Assembly: GCA_964106645.2 (NCBI GenBank) | Contig: OZ067043.1 | Reading direction: 5' to 3' (one strand) | DNA: 64,000 nucleotides | Origin: Podarcis pityusensis | Taxonomy: Eukaryota | Shown: piece after piece, positions 35,059 through 48,399 of the stretch | Numbering within the stretch: position 1 is the first letter of the stretch | Layout of the letters: every line of letters begins with the position of its first letter | Position numbers and translations under genes: made by a program | The notes under the pieces: generated by a model | What the model was told of the DNA's origin: nothing | Databases searched by the model: none | What the model saw: the letters and a program-made list of their open reading frames with translations, nothing else

Positions 35059-36266
35059 AGTTGCAATCTCTGTTACTTGTCATAGAGGTACCACTCCTCC
35101 AGCTGAGGGAGGAGGGAGGCATAAGATCGGAATGTGAAAGCAAGAGAGGTGGTTGTGAGTTGACTGAAAGCACCTTGGTGTGCCAGGCCTTTGGGCATCT
35201 GACGTGCAACAGACGATTTCCTGCCTTGTAATATTGCTGTCTTACATTTGCTTATGCTCCGCTTTATAAGAAAAACCAAGGTTACAAAGACACCTTAAGT
35301 CCTCCAGTATGTGCATCCAAAGGAAGATAAACTCAATCTTGCTGCCCCGAAACATTTCACTGTTCAGGAGTGCGGGCAGCATGCAACAGGGGCTTTGGCC
35401 ACTTTCTCCAGGAGTAAAGGGAAAAGGAGACCACATGGGCAAACCACTTACCCTGCACGAGGCAACCATGATGACAAAGCACGCCTAGGGCTAATGCACA
35501 TTTGTTTTCACACACATCTCTGTATTGTAATTAGCAGGGGCAATTGCCCCTTTTCAAAAGCTTGAGTCACATGATCACAGCTTCCACCAGCGGAGAAAAG
35601 ACTTGAGCCCTTTCCAGTTCCACAGTTCATTCTGTCCCCTCTCTTCCTTTGCCTTTTGCTCCAATTAAGGGTTTGTTTGCCTTTGGAGCAAGGCAGGGTA
35701 CACTTAACCAGGAGCAGCTATTACATAAGGAGGCTGGGTCTGAAACACATTCAGAGCAAGGCATCACTCCCAATCTGTTCCTGGAGCTCTGCTGTTTTTT
35801 CTGTTTACTGCTGTTTGCCTTTGTAGCTTTCCTCTGATGTTCCAGTACAAAGCAATGTTCTAAATGCCCGCCAACTCCACTGGGAGAGCGAGAGATGTGA
35901 CCAATATTATCCTCCTCCAGCTGACCTCCCCACCACTTGGAATCCACCGCCTCCACTGCATTTTGGTCACTGGCTCGCCTAATTTAGGAATGTGCAGCAG
36001 TTCCCCCACATCCCACAGAAAGTGGCCACTCTTCCTTCACCACCTTCACTTTCTGTTTTTCATGTCTTGCTCTTGTCAATAGTAGCATAGGGGGGAAAAA
36101 AATCTGGGGTGACCAGTTGAGTATTTCTTTGGAGTCCCAGCTGCGGAAATTGTAAGAATTACAGTCTGTTCTCATCTTTCTGCTGCTGATCCTGTAGCAC
36201 TTGTCTAGTGGTTCCTTATGTAGGAAGCTGCCTTAAAACTGAGTCTGACCATTGGTCTGTCTAGTT

Positions 36267-36482
36267 CAGGGGTTGCCAACATGTTTGGGCCTGTGGGCAC
36301 ATTTTCAAATTGGTGAAACTGTCATGGGCACTCCACATTCACATAGACTACAACCTAGTCTATTAACTACATTATGATACCTAAAAGCTGAATTTCAGTA
36401 GGTGGGGAGGGTACTCTTTTAGCCTCGGTGAAGGCCTCTGCTGGTACACATGTCTCCACAGGAGTGGCATTGGCAAACCCTG
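36267..36482. mobile_element. hAT MITE nested inside a minus-strand tRNA-derived SINE
   Basis: TIR CAGGGGTTGCCAA / TTGGCAAACCCTG (12/13); SINE tail at 36219-36266, SINE resumes at 36483-36582. Confidence 0.65.
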
Positions 36483-38544
36483 CTCTAACTCATTATGACT
36501 GCCAGCTGTATCTGAAGATGCCAAGACTGCCAGCTGGATCTTTTGAGTGCAAACCATGTGCTCTACCACTGAGTCATGACCTTTCTTGTTCTTGAGTGTT
36601 GTAGCATAAAGTTCTAAAATATTTTCCATTTCACTTTTAACTGCTTTGGATGGCTGCTTGTCACTCCATGAAGCTGATAAAACAGGTTGTTTGCTATGAG
36701 GGTTCATGACACAGGAAAGCACTTGCGGTACATTTTCTCCTGTGGCAGCTCCACATGGCAGACACTATTGTGAGAGTGCCGTTTTTCTCTTGTACAGTTC
36801 CATTTCATTTCCACACTGTTGGTGCAGGAAAACTTCTCAGTGGATCGTACCCTTAGTTTCAAAAGGTGTGATCCTATGCTTTAAGCTCTGTTGAAAGCAA
36901 CAGAACTTACTTTTGAGTGGACATACCTTAAGAGTTCATGTTCTACTTCTGCTTCAGCTTGACAGAATTTTCTGGAAACTGCAATATAGTGCTATTTCTC
37001 AAAACTTAAAAATTACAAGATTTGGAGAGAACCTTTAGGCTCCCAGCTTTGCTCCGAAAATAAAACAGTTCAGCTCCACTGTCTTTTACTAAGAAACTGA
37101 ATAAAAAGAGCCTGGCTGGATCAGGCCACTTGTTCTCACAGTGACCAACCAGATGCCTATGGGAAGCTCACAGGCAGAAGCTGAGTGGAAAAGCATCCTC
37201 CCACACCAGCAACAATAATTCAGAATCTGTTCTGTTTAGGTTAGAGTGAATATCCATGTCCACTGGAGGCCTCTCTTTCGTAAATGCATCTCTGCCATTT
37301 GCTCTGGGAAAAAAAGCAGCTATTAAAGGACAACAGGCTCCTGAGTTTCAACAAAGCTTGCCATTAGCATACTGGAAGCAGTCTTCCCTCCCATACAGAG
37401 GCTCATGTGCCAATGGATTTGGAATCCCCCTTCAATAGTTGCTGACCACTGTCAAGAGTCACAACCGGAGCCTATTTCAGAATCTAAGCTATGGTTAATA
37501 AACCTATTGGCAGAAACACTGCTCTGTTGAATCTCCTAGCTTCCCCTTAAGAAATAATGCTTTGTGAGCTTTTGTTCACCAAGGGATTGCATCTATGTTT
37601 CTAAAATAATGTGGTTTTCCTTAAGCAATAAAATCCTTATAATGTGGGGCGGGGAAAATGCTAATAGTCCCAAATGTGTATGTTTCTCACCATCTTGGCA
37701 TAAGGAAGTCCTAAGCAGAAGTACACTAGGTGGCACCCTCCTCCATGTCTTGAGGCATGATACCACCAAGAACAGAGATCTGAAGGTTTGACTGAAAATC
37801 TTCAGACCCCAGCATCTAACTAGGAGAGCAGTTGCATATAACAGGTAACAATGAGACAAACATACAGAGAATTGTTAATTTGTATAGAGTAGAATGGCTA
37901 CAATAATGTCAATATTGAAACCATCCTGCCCCCCCACCCCAATTTGATTTAATACTGTGACCTTATCTTTGCCTGATAGGTTTGAAAAGTTTTAGGGCCT
38001 TGCCTAGACATATAGTTTGATACAGTTATGTAAAATAATTGGATATTTACATGATTGAGATGTCTCCTTAATGTTGCAGTGTTTGATAAAACTATAATTA
38101 TTTTAGAAAATAATAATTTTAATAATGACATTATGGGAAGAATCTGACATTGTTACCTGGATAGTGGCAGAAGCAAAGAGCCTTGGTGTCAGTACTTAGG
38201 CTGGTGTGGGCATGCCAGGGTCCACCAGAGGTGACACTGCTTGCCACACTCCCTCCTCCTCCTCCTCCTCCAGTCATGGATCTGGCAGCTGGGTATGTAC
38301 ACAGTAACAAACACTCATCTTACCATTTTCACTTAAAAAATATATTATCCTTTTCTGTAACACAACAGTGCTTATTCCTAAGTAATATGTTTTTAGTATC
38401 AGTCCAACTGGCAGATACAAACTTCATTTTATTCCTATAGTAATGATGGCGCTATGAGTTAAGTTAGTTTAAACTTATGCTCATGCTCAGTGTTTACTTT
38501 TAATTAGGTCTGGCAAAGTGTAACTCTTAAGAGTGTAGTAGCAT

Positions 38545-38851
38545 TGGCTGGGTTGCCTCAGCCGCTATGGGCAGCTTCCAATAGAATATAAAGAACACAT
38601 GATATATCGGACAATAAAAGCTTCCCAATACAGGACGGCCTTCAGATGTCTATGGAAGGTTGTATAATTGTTTATCTCTGACATCTGACTGGAGAGCGTT
38701 CCACTGGATGGGTGCCACTGCCAAGAAGGCCCTCTGCCTGGTTCCTTGTAACTTCACTTCTCACAATGAGGGAACCGGAGCTGGACCTAAATGATGGGAG
38801 TGGAGATGCTCCAGGTATACAGGGCTGAAGCCGTTTAGGGCTTTAAATGTC
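38545..38851 (-). mobile_element. L2 LINE 3' fragment
   Basis: Recalled squamate L2 3'-end motifs in reverse orientation (gaaggccctctgcctggttcc; ccgtttagggctttaaa). Other L2-like pieces at about 44025-44210 and 49350-49590 (-), 28620-28740 (+). Confidence 0.65.
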
Positions 38852-39094
38852 ATGGAATAGAGAAGAGGAATGTTAATTGTGTGCTTCACAACTGAAGTAA
38901 CAGAGATGGTGGTCTAAAGACCATTAAGTCCTAGCTGCAACAGTGTGAGCTAATACCTTGAATTGGATTCAGTAGTGGACCAGGAGCCCATATAGATAAG
39001 GTGTGTTTCATATGCCTTTTCTCAGCTAATAAACTTATTACTGTATTTTGTACTCGTTCTAGTTTCTTAAAATCTTCAAGGACGACCTCAGAGA

Positions 39095-39277
39095 CAGACC
39101 ATAGCGCAGTGGTAGAGCACATGTTTTGCACGCAAAAGGTCCCAGGTTCAATCCCCAACATCTTTAGGTAGTGCTGAGGGTGTTCCTTATCTGAAACTCT
39201 GGAGAGCAGTCACTAGTCAATGTCAACAATACTGACACTAATGCACCGATTCTGTGCATGGCAGCTTCCAGTGTTCA
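39095..39277 (+). mobile_element. tRNA(Ala)-derived squamate SINE
   Basis: A box TAGCGCAGTGG at 39102, B box GGTTCAATCCC at 39145, then SINE body ending GGCAGCTTCC. Other copies at about 15690-15836 (+) and 36219-36582 (-). Confidence 0.75.
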
Positions 39278-41621
39278 TTTCTCCCCCCCTAAACAAGAGT
39301 ACTGGCCCACCACATGCTGGCTAGTTTGACTGGTGGATGGGGCTGCACAGCTACCAATTAGCTTGCTTTTGGCAGTCTCAGGGGGACCCCCATGCTTACA
39401 GAAGTACAATAGCATTTCAGAAGAAAATTGACAGATGGACACACACCCTCCCCAAAAAACCCACCACATAGTTCTCAGCATTCTCAGTAGGCAAGGACTT
39501 CTGGCTGACTATTGAAGGCAAGGTAGAATGGAAAATTGAGAAAAGAATTGGAATGGAGTATCCTGCAAAGGGGCATGGCTGCCTCCCTGGAACCCTGAAC
39601 AAAAACGCTCCACATTTCATAGCACAGGTCTCTCTTGTACTGCCTGCTAGTCATTCTCAAGGGTTACTAGCTAACAGTCTGTGAGTAGAGAAAAAAGCCC
39701 CTGCTGGTGTTAAACTTCATATAAAGATTTCTGTTTCCTTTTGTAAGTACAGCCAAAGGTGCTCTGCAGCTGGCAAATATCCTTGCCTGCTAACCTGGAG
39801 GATCAAAGGTCCAGGCTTTTGGGGCCCTGTGCCTGACACCAAAAACTCTCTTCTAGACCCAAACTATGCTTCTGTTCTTTGCTAATCCAAGCACTAGGAT
39901 GTGGAGCTAAGCAAAACACCAAAGCGTTCCAAAATACAGATGTTGAAAAGCAACAGAATTTGGTCTGGTTGCTGCTGCTGCTTTCCTCCAGGAGCACTCA
40001 AAATACTGGACTTCTGTTCCTTGATGTTTGAGCAGTTTAAATTAGACCCCAAGGAGGAGTGGGTGGGAGAGGATAACGCTATTCCTGCAAAGACGATGAC
40101 TGCATTAAACATCAATTTCCTTGTATTTTTCTTTCACTTGGATCCAAGTGGATCTGGCATGCTTAAAAAAAAGTTCAGACATCCTTCAGTAATTTCAGCT
40201 CTTTGAAACTGGCCAAAGTTTCAAAAAGCTTGTCACTGGGCCTCTGCCTGCTTCCTGGAGGGCCTCCACCTCTCCTCAACTCTCGCTGCCAAGCCCTTGC
40301 ATTTTTCACAGCAGGACCAAAAACCTCAAGATATTCACAAGTGGGCTCCTCCCCCATCCCTGGCATATTGATATTCATTTGGAAGCTGTAATTAATTAGG
40401 CTCTGTTGCCCTTTCACCCCTCTAAGCCCCTGGTGCTGCTTTGGCCCTGCTGTTTGAAACTCTGCAATGTCAGCACATTCCAGCAAAAGCTGTTTTGAGT
40501 GAGGGCCTCTGGAAAAAGGGAAACCCCATTAAATTCCAGCACTTGTATATTCCTTGAGGGCCTTGGTCTGAAACACCTTTCAAAAGTTGCCCAGTGTATT
40601 AATTTAGGAAAAGAGAGGGACGTTAAATCTAGCCTCCTTTCATTCTCCCTCTTCTGCCTACTGCTGGCTGCACACTTTAACTCCAAAGTTTGTTTTTCAC
40701 ATAAGTTACCGGTTTTAGAGGAAATGTGCAGTGATGGAAATGACTTCTGTTTTAGGATTTAGACATTTTTCTTTTAGATAAAGATATAACTATTAAAAAC
40801 TATAAAACTTCAAAATAAAAAGAGTAATGATGTCAGAAACCAAATACAGTATGCAAAATTGCCTCCAACCAAATAAAACATATCTCTAAGATTCATACAT
40901 GGACTGTGACACCAATTTCTATAATGACTAATACTGGTGCAATTTTTCCTCTCCCAGTGCCTTGTATAAAGCTAGTGGGGGAAAATTTGTGCCAGACAGT
41001 TTAGAGGATTGGACTACCCATATACAGTATGTTAAAATTAAAAAGAGTTAGAACTTTCTGCTTGGAAAAAACCTGAATTATTAACAACTCCATTAGCACC
41101 TGACTGAATATGAGGCAGTTTATGAAGACTATGTACACCAGAAGCAAAGGCACATATACAGTTGAATCATATGTATTTAACTGGGTATACATAAAAAATG
41201 TTGACTGGATCTTCCACACCTTTCAGCAATTTTGATTTAGGCTTTGAGTGGATATGAAATAGCAAAATTTACTGTGTTTGTCAAAGTGAAACAAATGCTA
41301 TTAGACTGCTCAGGAAATACTTTGGGGTTGCTTTGGTTTGGCAATGCAAATAGGTGTAAGATTTCAATCTAGGATGGGCTGGGTTTATATTTCTTTTTCC
41401 ACAGCTCTGTGTCAGCTCTCTGGCTCTGCCAGAACCCAGAGTAACCATACAAATACTTGCATATCCTGCTCTCAGTTTACAGGTACATTTAGTTGGAACT
41501 GAACTGCTAAGGAGGTACTTTCTTCTGGGAGGGCCATTTGGCAGAAGGATCAGACGTTCTGTCTAGGAACATATGGCTATATGCATATGACCCATGCACA
41601 CCTTCGCACAAGCGGGTTCTT

Positions 41622-41623
<2 letters not shown>

Positions 41624-41671
<48 letters not shown>

Positions 41672-41696
41672 ACACACACACACACACACACACACA
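41624..41696. repeat. Compound (TC)n(CA)n microsatellite
   Basis: Direct reading. Confidence 0.95.
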
Positions 41697-42329
41697 TGTT
41701 ACTTTCACAAATGTCATTTAAAGCACACACACCAAAAATCCTGGTAACTAGTTTATTAAGGGTGCTGTGATTTGTGCTATGTCAAGTGTGTGTTGCAATT
41801 TTTACTGGGGTTCAATGTGCTTCTGGAAAGGGTTAAATTCTCTGTTTCTCCTTTGTGCTTTTGTAATGTTAGTCCCCCTCCCCATGTTTTTTTTTTAAAA
41901 AAAACACACATAAAGGTGATCTTATTTAGTAGGGAAGATTTGAAGCAATAGAGCTGAATCCTAGAGAGGCAGATCTCTAGCGGTGGTAACTGGCCAGAAT
42001 AAACCACCTACACCTGGGGGAAATTGCTCATCAATTTCATTTAGTTTAAAAAGCTGGATTGTTTCAGCTCTAGAAAGAAAACTGAAGAAGGAAAATGCAA
42101 GAGGGGGTATTTTGTGGATGATGTTGTGGATCTGCCCTCTAAAAAGTAAGTAAGCAAAGTGTGACTCTTCTGGTGTGGAAGCAGCCACAGACAATGGCTG
42201 AGAAATTGATTTATTCTTGATAGAGCCCTAAAACACTAGCTCTGTTGAGGACAGTGTGGCAGCTCTGGAGGAAAGGGGAAATACAGCAAGCTACCTCAAT
42301 GCTATCCTGTTACTTTTGCCTGATTTTTC

Positions 42330-42612
42330 CCTGCTGCAGACCACAAAGGTCCTAAGCGGTGTCCCCCCCCCAAAAAAAAATGTTTAGGGGTACTCTCATT
42401 TTTACAAAAGAAAATCACCATTTTACATTTGCAATTGGGGAAAATAAAGACAACTTTGGGCAATCCTCCCCCCAAAAAGCTCAACAACTTTGGGCAATCC
42501 TCCCCCCAAAAAACTGAAAAACTCTGGGCCATCACCCATTTTACTAAATTTGAGCCCCCCAAAATAGGGGGTGTCTTATACATGGGGGCGTGTTATACAC
42601 AGAAAAATATGG
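42330..42612. mobile_element. Tc1/mariner-superfamily (Tc2/pogo-like) DNA transposon end fragment
   Basis: Terminus gtcttatacatgggggcgtgttatacacagaaaaatatgg followed by TA; internal tandem duplication caactttgggcaatcctccccc (x2); other end not found. Confidence 0.55.
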
Positions 42613-43529
42613 TAAGTTTAATATTAATAATAATGAATACATGGCTTCCCCCAAAGACTCCTGGGAACTGTAGTTTACTCGCAGAGCAGCAATTTCCCAC
42701 ATCCCCTTCCTCCTCTATTACCCAGTGATAGTAGAAACCAGGAAAAACCTGGTCTTTCTTGTGCGCTTACTTAATATTCTTTTTTATAGCTCTCAAAAAT
42801 ACTTTGAAGTTGGAGAAAACCTTGATATCATGCACAAACAAGCTATTGAAATGTTTTTACCCAACTGTATTTGTAAAGATTATCAAAGGAGCAAGTAGTG
42901 TTAGGATTGACACTTGCAAAAGGACTCAACAGGAATATTACAGCCCTTAAAAACTGGCCCCCAGTTTTCTTGATTTTGTTTGAGGCCTGCATTTGGCCTA
43001 GTATTTGCTTGTGTTGGAGGCAGGCTGTTAGTCTTCAGCCTGGAAGTAGTATCAGCTGCTTTATCTGAGCTTGATGAGCCCCACCTGTGTTTTTAACCCT
43101 ATGCCTGTTTGTTGTAGGGTCATCATGTCTGCCCAGTCTTCTCTGCCATACATATGATTCAGGCTCCCAGTAAAAGTGACTGAATGATAGACTGGCCAAG
43201 TTAAGAGTATAACCATATCAGTGAAGACAAAGTCAGACTATGCTTGATTCCCTGTCTGTGAGAGCGAAGGTGGTTATTATTTTTTTATGTTGACAGAAGA
43301 ATGTGGAAAGGTTCAGCCAAACTTTTGGATTTTTTGCTGGCTTGTTGGTATGACAAGTTACTGACTTAGTTTGGAAGATGGACCCCATTGTTTTTGGAGA
43401 TATATCTCATAATCAGTGTTAATTCAGAGGCGGCGGCATTTATTCAGTATTTAGTTTTGTTTTTAAATCATATCCTGCCCTTTAAAAGAACCCCCAGTAA
43501 TGCTAGTTTATAATGTTCAATTAAAATAA

Positions 43530-44022
43530 TGTTGCACACCATCCGAATCTCAGAGCAGTACGAGATTCCAGGCAATAGGCATGAGAGACAGTGGAGACTA
43601 TGGTATCTTTATGATATACGATTTATTTACACGTATATACAACTGGAGCCTACAGTGGAGGGCCTCACAGCATTAACACCCCAAGAAGGTCTTGCTTCTC
43701 CCATAGCCACAGCCTTGGATCCCAGCAGAAATCAGGCAGGGCTCTGTCTCTCAGCTGTCCAGTCTTTCCTTCTAGCTCACACACCTCAGCTCTGATCTTT
43801 TGTCTTTCTAACTGACAGCAAGTTGAAGTGGGGGCTTACTCATTTGTCCTCAGGCCCAGAGCCATTTCATCTGTTATCTTAACTACCCATACTTCGGCCA
43901 TTACTTCACCAGGAAGATGGCCTGACCGTTCCTGATATTTAATCCTTGTTGGATCCAGGAATTAGAATATACAGCCTAACTTCCCTAAAGGTATACAGCC
44001 TAACTCCCCTAAACTCACAACA
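43530..44022 (-). mobile_element. Probable solo LTR (493 bp) inserted into an L2 fragment
   Basis: TGTTG...CAACA termini; minus-strand AATAAA (TTTATT at 43622-43627); imperfect flanks ataa/atta; L2-like sequence on both sides. Confidence 0.65.
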
Positions 44023-45675
44023 ATTACATTAAAGTACTAAAAACACAACAATAAAAAATGAAACAGCAGACAATGCAGATTCAGAGCCGAAAATTTTTTA
44101 AGAAGCCTGGAGGAAGGGGGGAAGTATTCACCTGGTGCAGAAAAGATAACCAAGTAGGCGCCAGGCAAGCTTCCCTAGGGAGAGAACTTTCCATCTGCAG
44201 GCACCATTGGGTAGATGTTGTGCCAAAATAGGGAGGTTAGGATCAGATAGCTAAGAGCTTTTTCTTCTTCTAGGCTGTCTCCCAACCTTCTGCTCCTGTT
44301 GAATGCCAAGTCTAGTTCTTACCAAAACAAAAACAAAAAATCCAACCCCCAAAACTACGAACACCTGTGATTTAAATATGGATTAAAAGACTGATTTCTT
44401 GTTTTACACACACCCATTGCTGTGGGAAGCATGGGACATGTTTGTAATATTTAATCTTTCTAGGTGGCTATGAGATTTTGTGATGGATTTTTATTGCATG
44501 TTAATGTTTTGTTGCTCTGTTCCGTTGTGTGTCGTGAGCTGCTTGGGGGGGGGGGGCGTAAAAAAAACCACACCTGGATGTGAAATGTCAAGGAACAGTG
44601 AGATATGGCTACCTGATAGAGGGAAGGCACTCTGCTTGTGCTTCCAGACATACTGTCCTGATGGCTACATGTTTAGAAGCTGAACCCTGACATTTTGAAC
44701 ATGTTCTGCTGGAGCTGAGACTGGCTGATATTTACATCTGGAAATATAAATTAAAATGAGGTAGCCATCTCTACAGAATAAGTTCAATGCCTTTTATTGG
44801 GACCAACCAATGTTTGCAAAGCACTATTTAAGCTTCTAGGTAATGCAGAACTCTTCCTCGGACTGGATGACCAAGCAGGATTTTTGAAGAGCAAAATTGC
44901 ATATTTTAAATGTTGGCTGTCTTAGTAGAATAAAATCCCCATACACAATAACATAACATGTGAAAACCAACCAATTTTCATAAGCCAGCATGTGATACAG
45001 TAACTACTAGGTAATATTACCAAGTTTTCTTCATTCCAGCGTTCTCAGAGATATTAAGTAACTAAGTTCTAATTTAATGAAAAACCAAAATCTTATTTAT
45101 GTCTGTCTGCCTAAGGCTGCAATCCTGTATGCAATGTACACACTTAAACTTGAAGTAAGATCTAGTGAACATGTATAGACATGAATAGGATTGCACTCTA
45201 GGTTTGCAAGGACATCCATCCCGAGACTGGAATAATCCATAGACAAATATAAGCAAGACCTACACTATGCTTTTGCTTGGAAACATATACCCCTGCCCGC
45301 CTGACCAATTATCCTTAGAAGAGTTCTGTGTCACTTGAAAGCTTACGTACTGCATTATGAAGAGTGGTAGAGATTACTAAAAATGTAAAATGTCTGTTAT
45401 AAATGACTGCACAGTTAGGTGTGTTATGGCTCTTCAAAAAAAAAGTGCATCTAAGTTCCTAGAACATTCAGAAATTGTGATGTGAAAATGGGTTTATGGT
45501 TGTTGTGTACTAATAGAATGAAGCAAAATAAATGAATTAATTAAATAATAACAGTGGTTGCTGAAAACTGCAGATTCGTTTCTCCTTTCCTTCCCCCTCC
45601 CCTGCTCTTGCTTGGAAACAGGTTCTAATTAAGACACCGTTTGTTAGATGAATTTATTTTCCAATTCCAGAGCCA

Positions 45676-45681
<6 letters not shown>

Positions 45682-45721
<40 letters not shown>
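45682..45721. repeat. (GA)n microsatellite
   Basis: Direct reading. Confidence 0.95.
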
Positions 45722-45723
<2 letters not shown>

Positions 45724-47723
45724 TTACTTCATGGAAAGTGAGGAATAGCAAAAACTTTTCTGACTAGAATCCAATATCCCTCTCCTCCCTCCTCCTCTTC
45801 CAGTTTCTATAACCTCTTTGGCACTGGTTTTGGGGGCTGTTAATTTAACATGATGGAACAGATACACAAAGGAAACAGAAAGCCATCAGGAAGCCATCAA
45901 TGTTTGAAGCAACTATGTAGTGTGCATAAAGGTTTGTGTTCCCTGACAGTGGTTCTGTCTCCATGTGGTAAGCAAACCTCAGATTGGGACCTAATCCCAG
46001 CTATGTAAATCAAAGTGATTTGCTGAAGTGAGTTTATGACCTCAGTTCCTCCTTCAGCTAATTTCCTGAATTTTCCAAATGATCAGATTGGAAGCGGCAC
46101 TCCTTAAACCACTTGTTTCTGCTTAGCCTGACACCCTGCATCTCTACATCAGCATCTCCACTACACCAATACTTCACACCCTTGGGTGCTACCTCACAAC
46201 TGGGGCTTCACTCCTTTCAATAGCAACTAGCCTCCACAAGAGGGCACTATGTCGACTCAAGAAAATATCCTGTTTTGTTTCCACTCAAATTCTCCCTGCC
46301 AATGGTACCTTAAAGGCGATCCTTTGTCTGGCCTATCATATGAATGGGAAAGTGTGTACTGAAACAGCACAATGTGTTGCTGGTAGAAGGGTGAATTTTA
46401 GTGGAGTGGGAGCAGGGACAGAGTTGACATGGTCAGGCTGGACTTAGAGATGCCCTGGGCTGAACTGGTTTTGTCACTCTAACAAAATAAGGCCTTTGCC
46501 CCTCCATCCACCCAAAATACAGACTGGCATAGCTTTGACACAGCAGGCTACACCTGAACCATGGCAACTTTTCAGGCCTGCCTTGGCACAGAAGATGGGG
46601 AACTGGGCAACGCTTGACAGCCAACTGGAACGCAAACTGCTTATATTGCGATTTTTGCCTGGGGGAAAGGCCTGTGTTTTAACTAAATAGCAAATGGGGA
46701 GTTTGGTGGGAGGCAGTGCTGCAGATTAGTTCCAGATGTCCCCAGTGACGTATGGATATGTGTGTGCGTCTCTTCTCTTGTTGCATTTGCCTAGCAGCTG
46801 TGGCTTGACATTGCTTTCAGTCCAAAGCCAACATCCATCTGGAGGGGCTTTGGGTATCTCATTCCTTTGCCTGGTTATTTGCAGCACAGAAGTCCCATAG
46901 TAGTTCCTCTCCATCTTTCTCCTTTCTCTCTCTACTCTCCTCCTGCTCTCTCTCACTCTCTCTCCCACCCACACCCCCACCTCTTGCTGCTGGCATCACT
47001 ACAAGTCTCATTTCCTGCTTGCCAGAATGAAAGTCAAAACTATTCAGGATGCGAATGGAGGGTGTGTGTGTAGCTTTTACTGGCCCACCCTGAGGAGGCT
47101 CCCTGTCCACACCCACTGCGTGCCGGGCAGCTTTATATATACAGGTGCAAAGTCTTCCCAGAATGCCAAGTGGCTGCCAAGAGTGCTGTGGAAAATAGTA
47201 CCAACAATTCTCCTTCTGTAAAGGAGGGAATACAGAGAGGCTGCGAGCCTAAAGATCAGAAGATGGTGGGCTAGGTCTGGCTTGAAGCCAATAGGTCTCC
47301 ATGGCTTTCCCTGGCCTCTAGTGCTTGGGGGCAAAAGGGAGAATCTTCATGTTTTATTATAGACTTCAAGGATGAACCTTCCATTATTTTGTGGGCTCCC
47401 ACCCCACTGCCATCCCAAAGCATTATATTGTCACAGACCACGGTATACCCACAATGAACTGAGAATACCAGTGACTGAAATGTTACGAGGATACAGCAGT
47501 GTTGCTGTTTGTATGATACTTTATTGCCCTAGATTGAGGTGGCTGAATGAGCTGTTTGTAAATTATGCTTAATGCTGCCAGAGATTTTTTGTAGGTTGGA
47601 TGTTTGCTTTGCAACAAATGGTTGGCTGGGGATTAGTTGTGTTATCTGTATGGGTGGCGGGAATGTTTGAGAGTAAGGTTTGTGTGTGGAAGATGGCTAA
47701 GAATGCATTTGTAGCAGGGTATG

Positions 47724-47725
<2 letters not shown>

Positions 47726-47763
<38 letters not shown>

Positions 47764-47779
47764 ATGTGTGTGTGCGTGC
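47726..47779. repeat. (GT)n microsatellite with degenerate tail
   Basis: Direct reading. Confidence 0.95.
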
Positions 47780-48280
47780 AACTTCTATTTCATTTGTTTT
47801 GTTTCTAATGATACTGTTTCTGTGAAGTTTTTTTAATTATTATCTATTTTTTATGTTTAAAATAACATTTTGTTATCCCATTCATCATTCTGCTTTAATA
47901 GAGTATTTCTATTTGACCTTCATTTTTCATGTTTTGATATTTTTAAATATTCTATTTGATGTTTTAAGATAGATTGGAAACTGCTTTGAGCTGTTTTTTA
48001 AATATAAAGTGAAATAGAAATGAATTAAATAAAAAATAATAATTTTGTTGAACAGGGAAGAGGAGGGAGGAGACAGAGATTCCATATTTGTTGAAAGGAT
48101 TCTATGCTAATGATTTATTCTCTCTGTAATAAAAAGCCAGTCTTGCAGTCTGGGTGGACAGTGTTAGGTGCCAATGGGCTTCCTCCTAAGAAAAATGGCC
48201 CCATCATTTCAAAATGGGGGAGGAGGGCATTGACAGGTATTTTTAAAACTTCAGGCACTGGTCTGTGACTTGCCTTAGTA

Positions 48281-48399
48281 CAGCCTTCCCCAATCTGATG
48301 CCTTCTAGACATGCATCTGGGTGGGAGAAGGCTGGGGAAGTGCTGATTGAGGCTGATGGGAGCTGTAGTCCAAAATGTCTGGAATGCACCAGAAGACTG
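48281..48399. mobile_element. Degenerate hAT MITE related to the 31846 family
   Basis: Shared motif ggctgatgggagctgtagtccaaaa; 7/8 TSD ccttagta/tcttagta. Related decayed copies at about 10075-10200, 17063-17193 and 21655-21786. Confidence 0.6.

Noticed and set aside
39095-39166. tRNA-Ala(TGC)-like sequence
   Set aside because: The acceptor stem is broken and the sequence continues into a SINE body seen elsewhere in the window. It is a SINE head, not a tRNA gene.
39340-39385. Short resemblance to LF-SINE (ttggcagtctcag)
   Set aside because: The match is too short to support without a profile search
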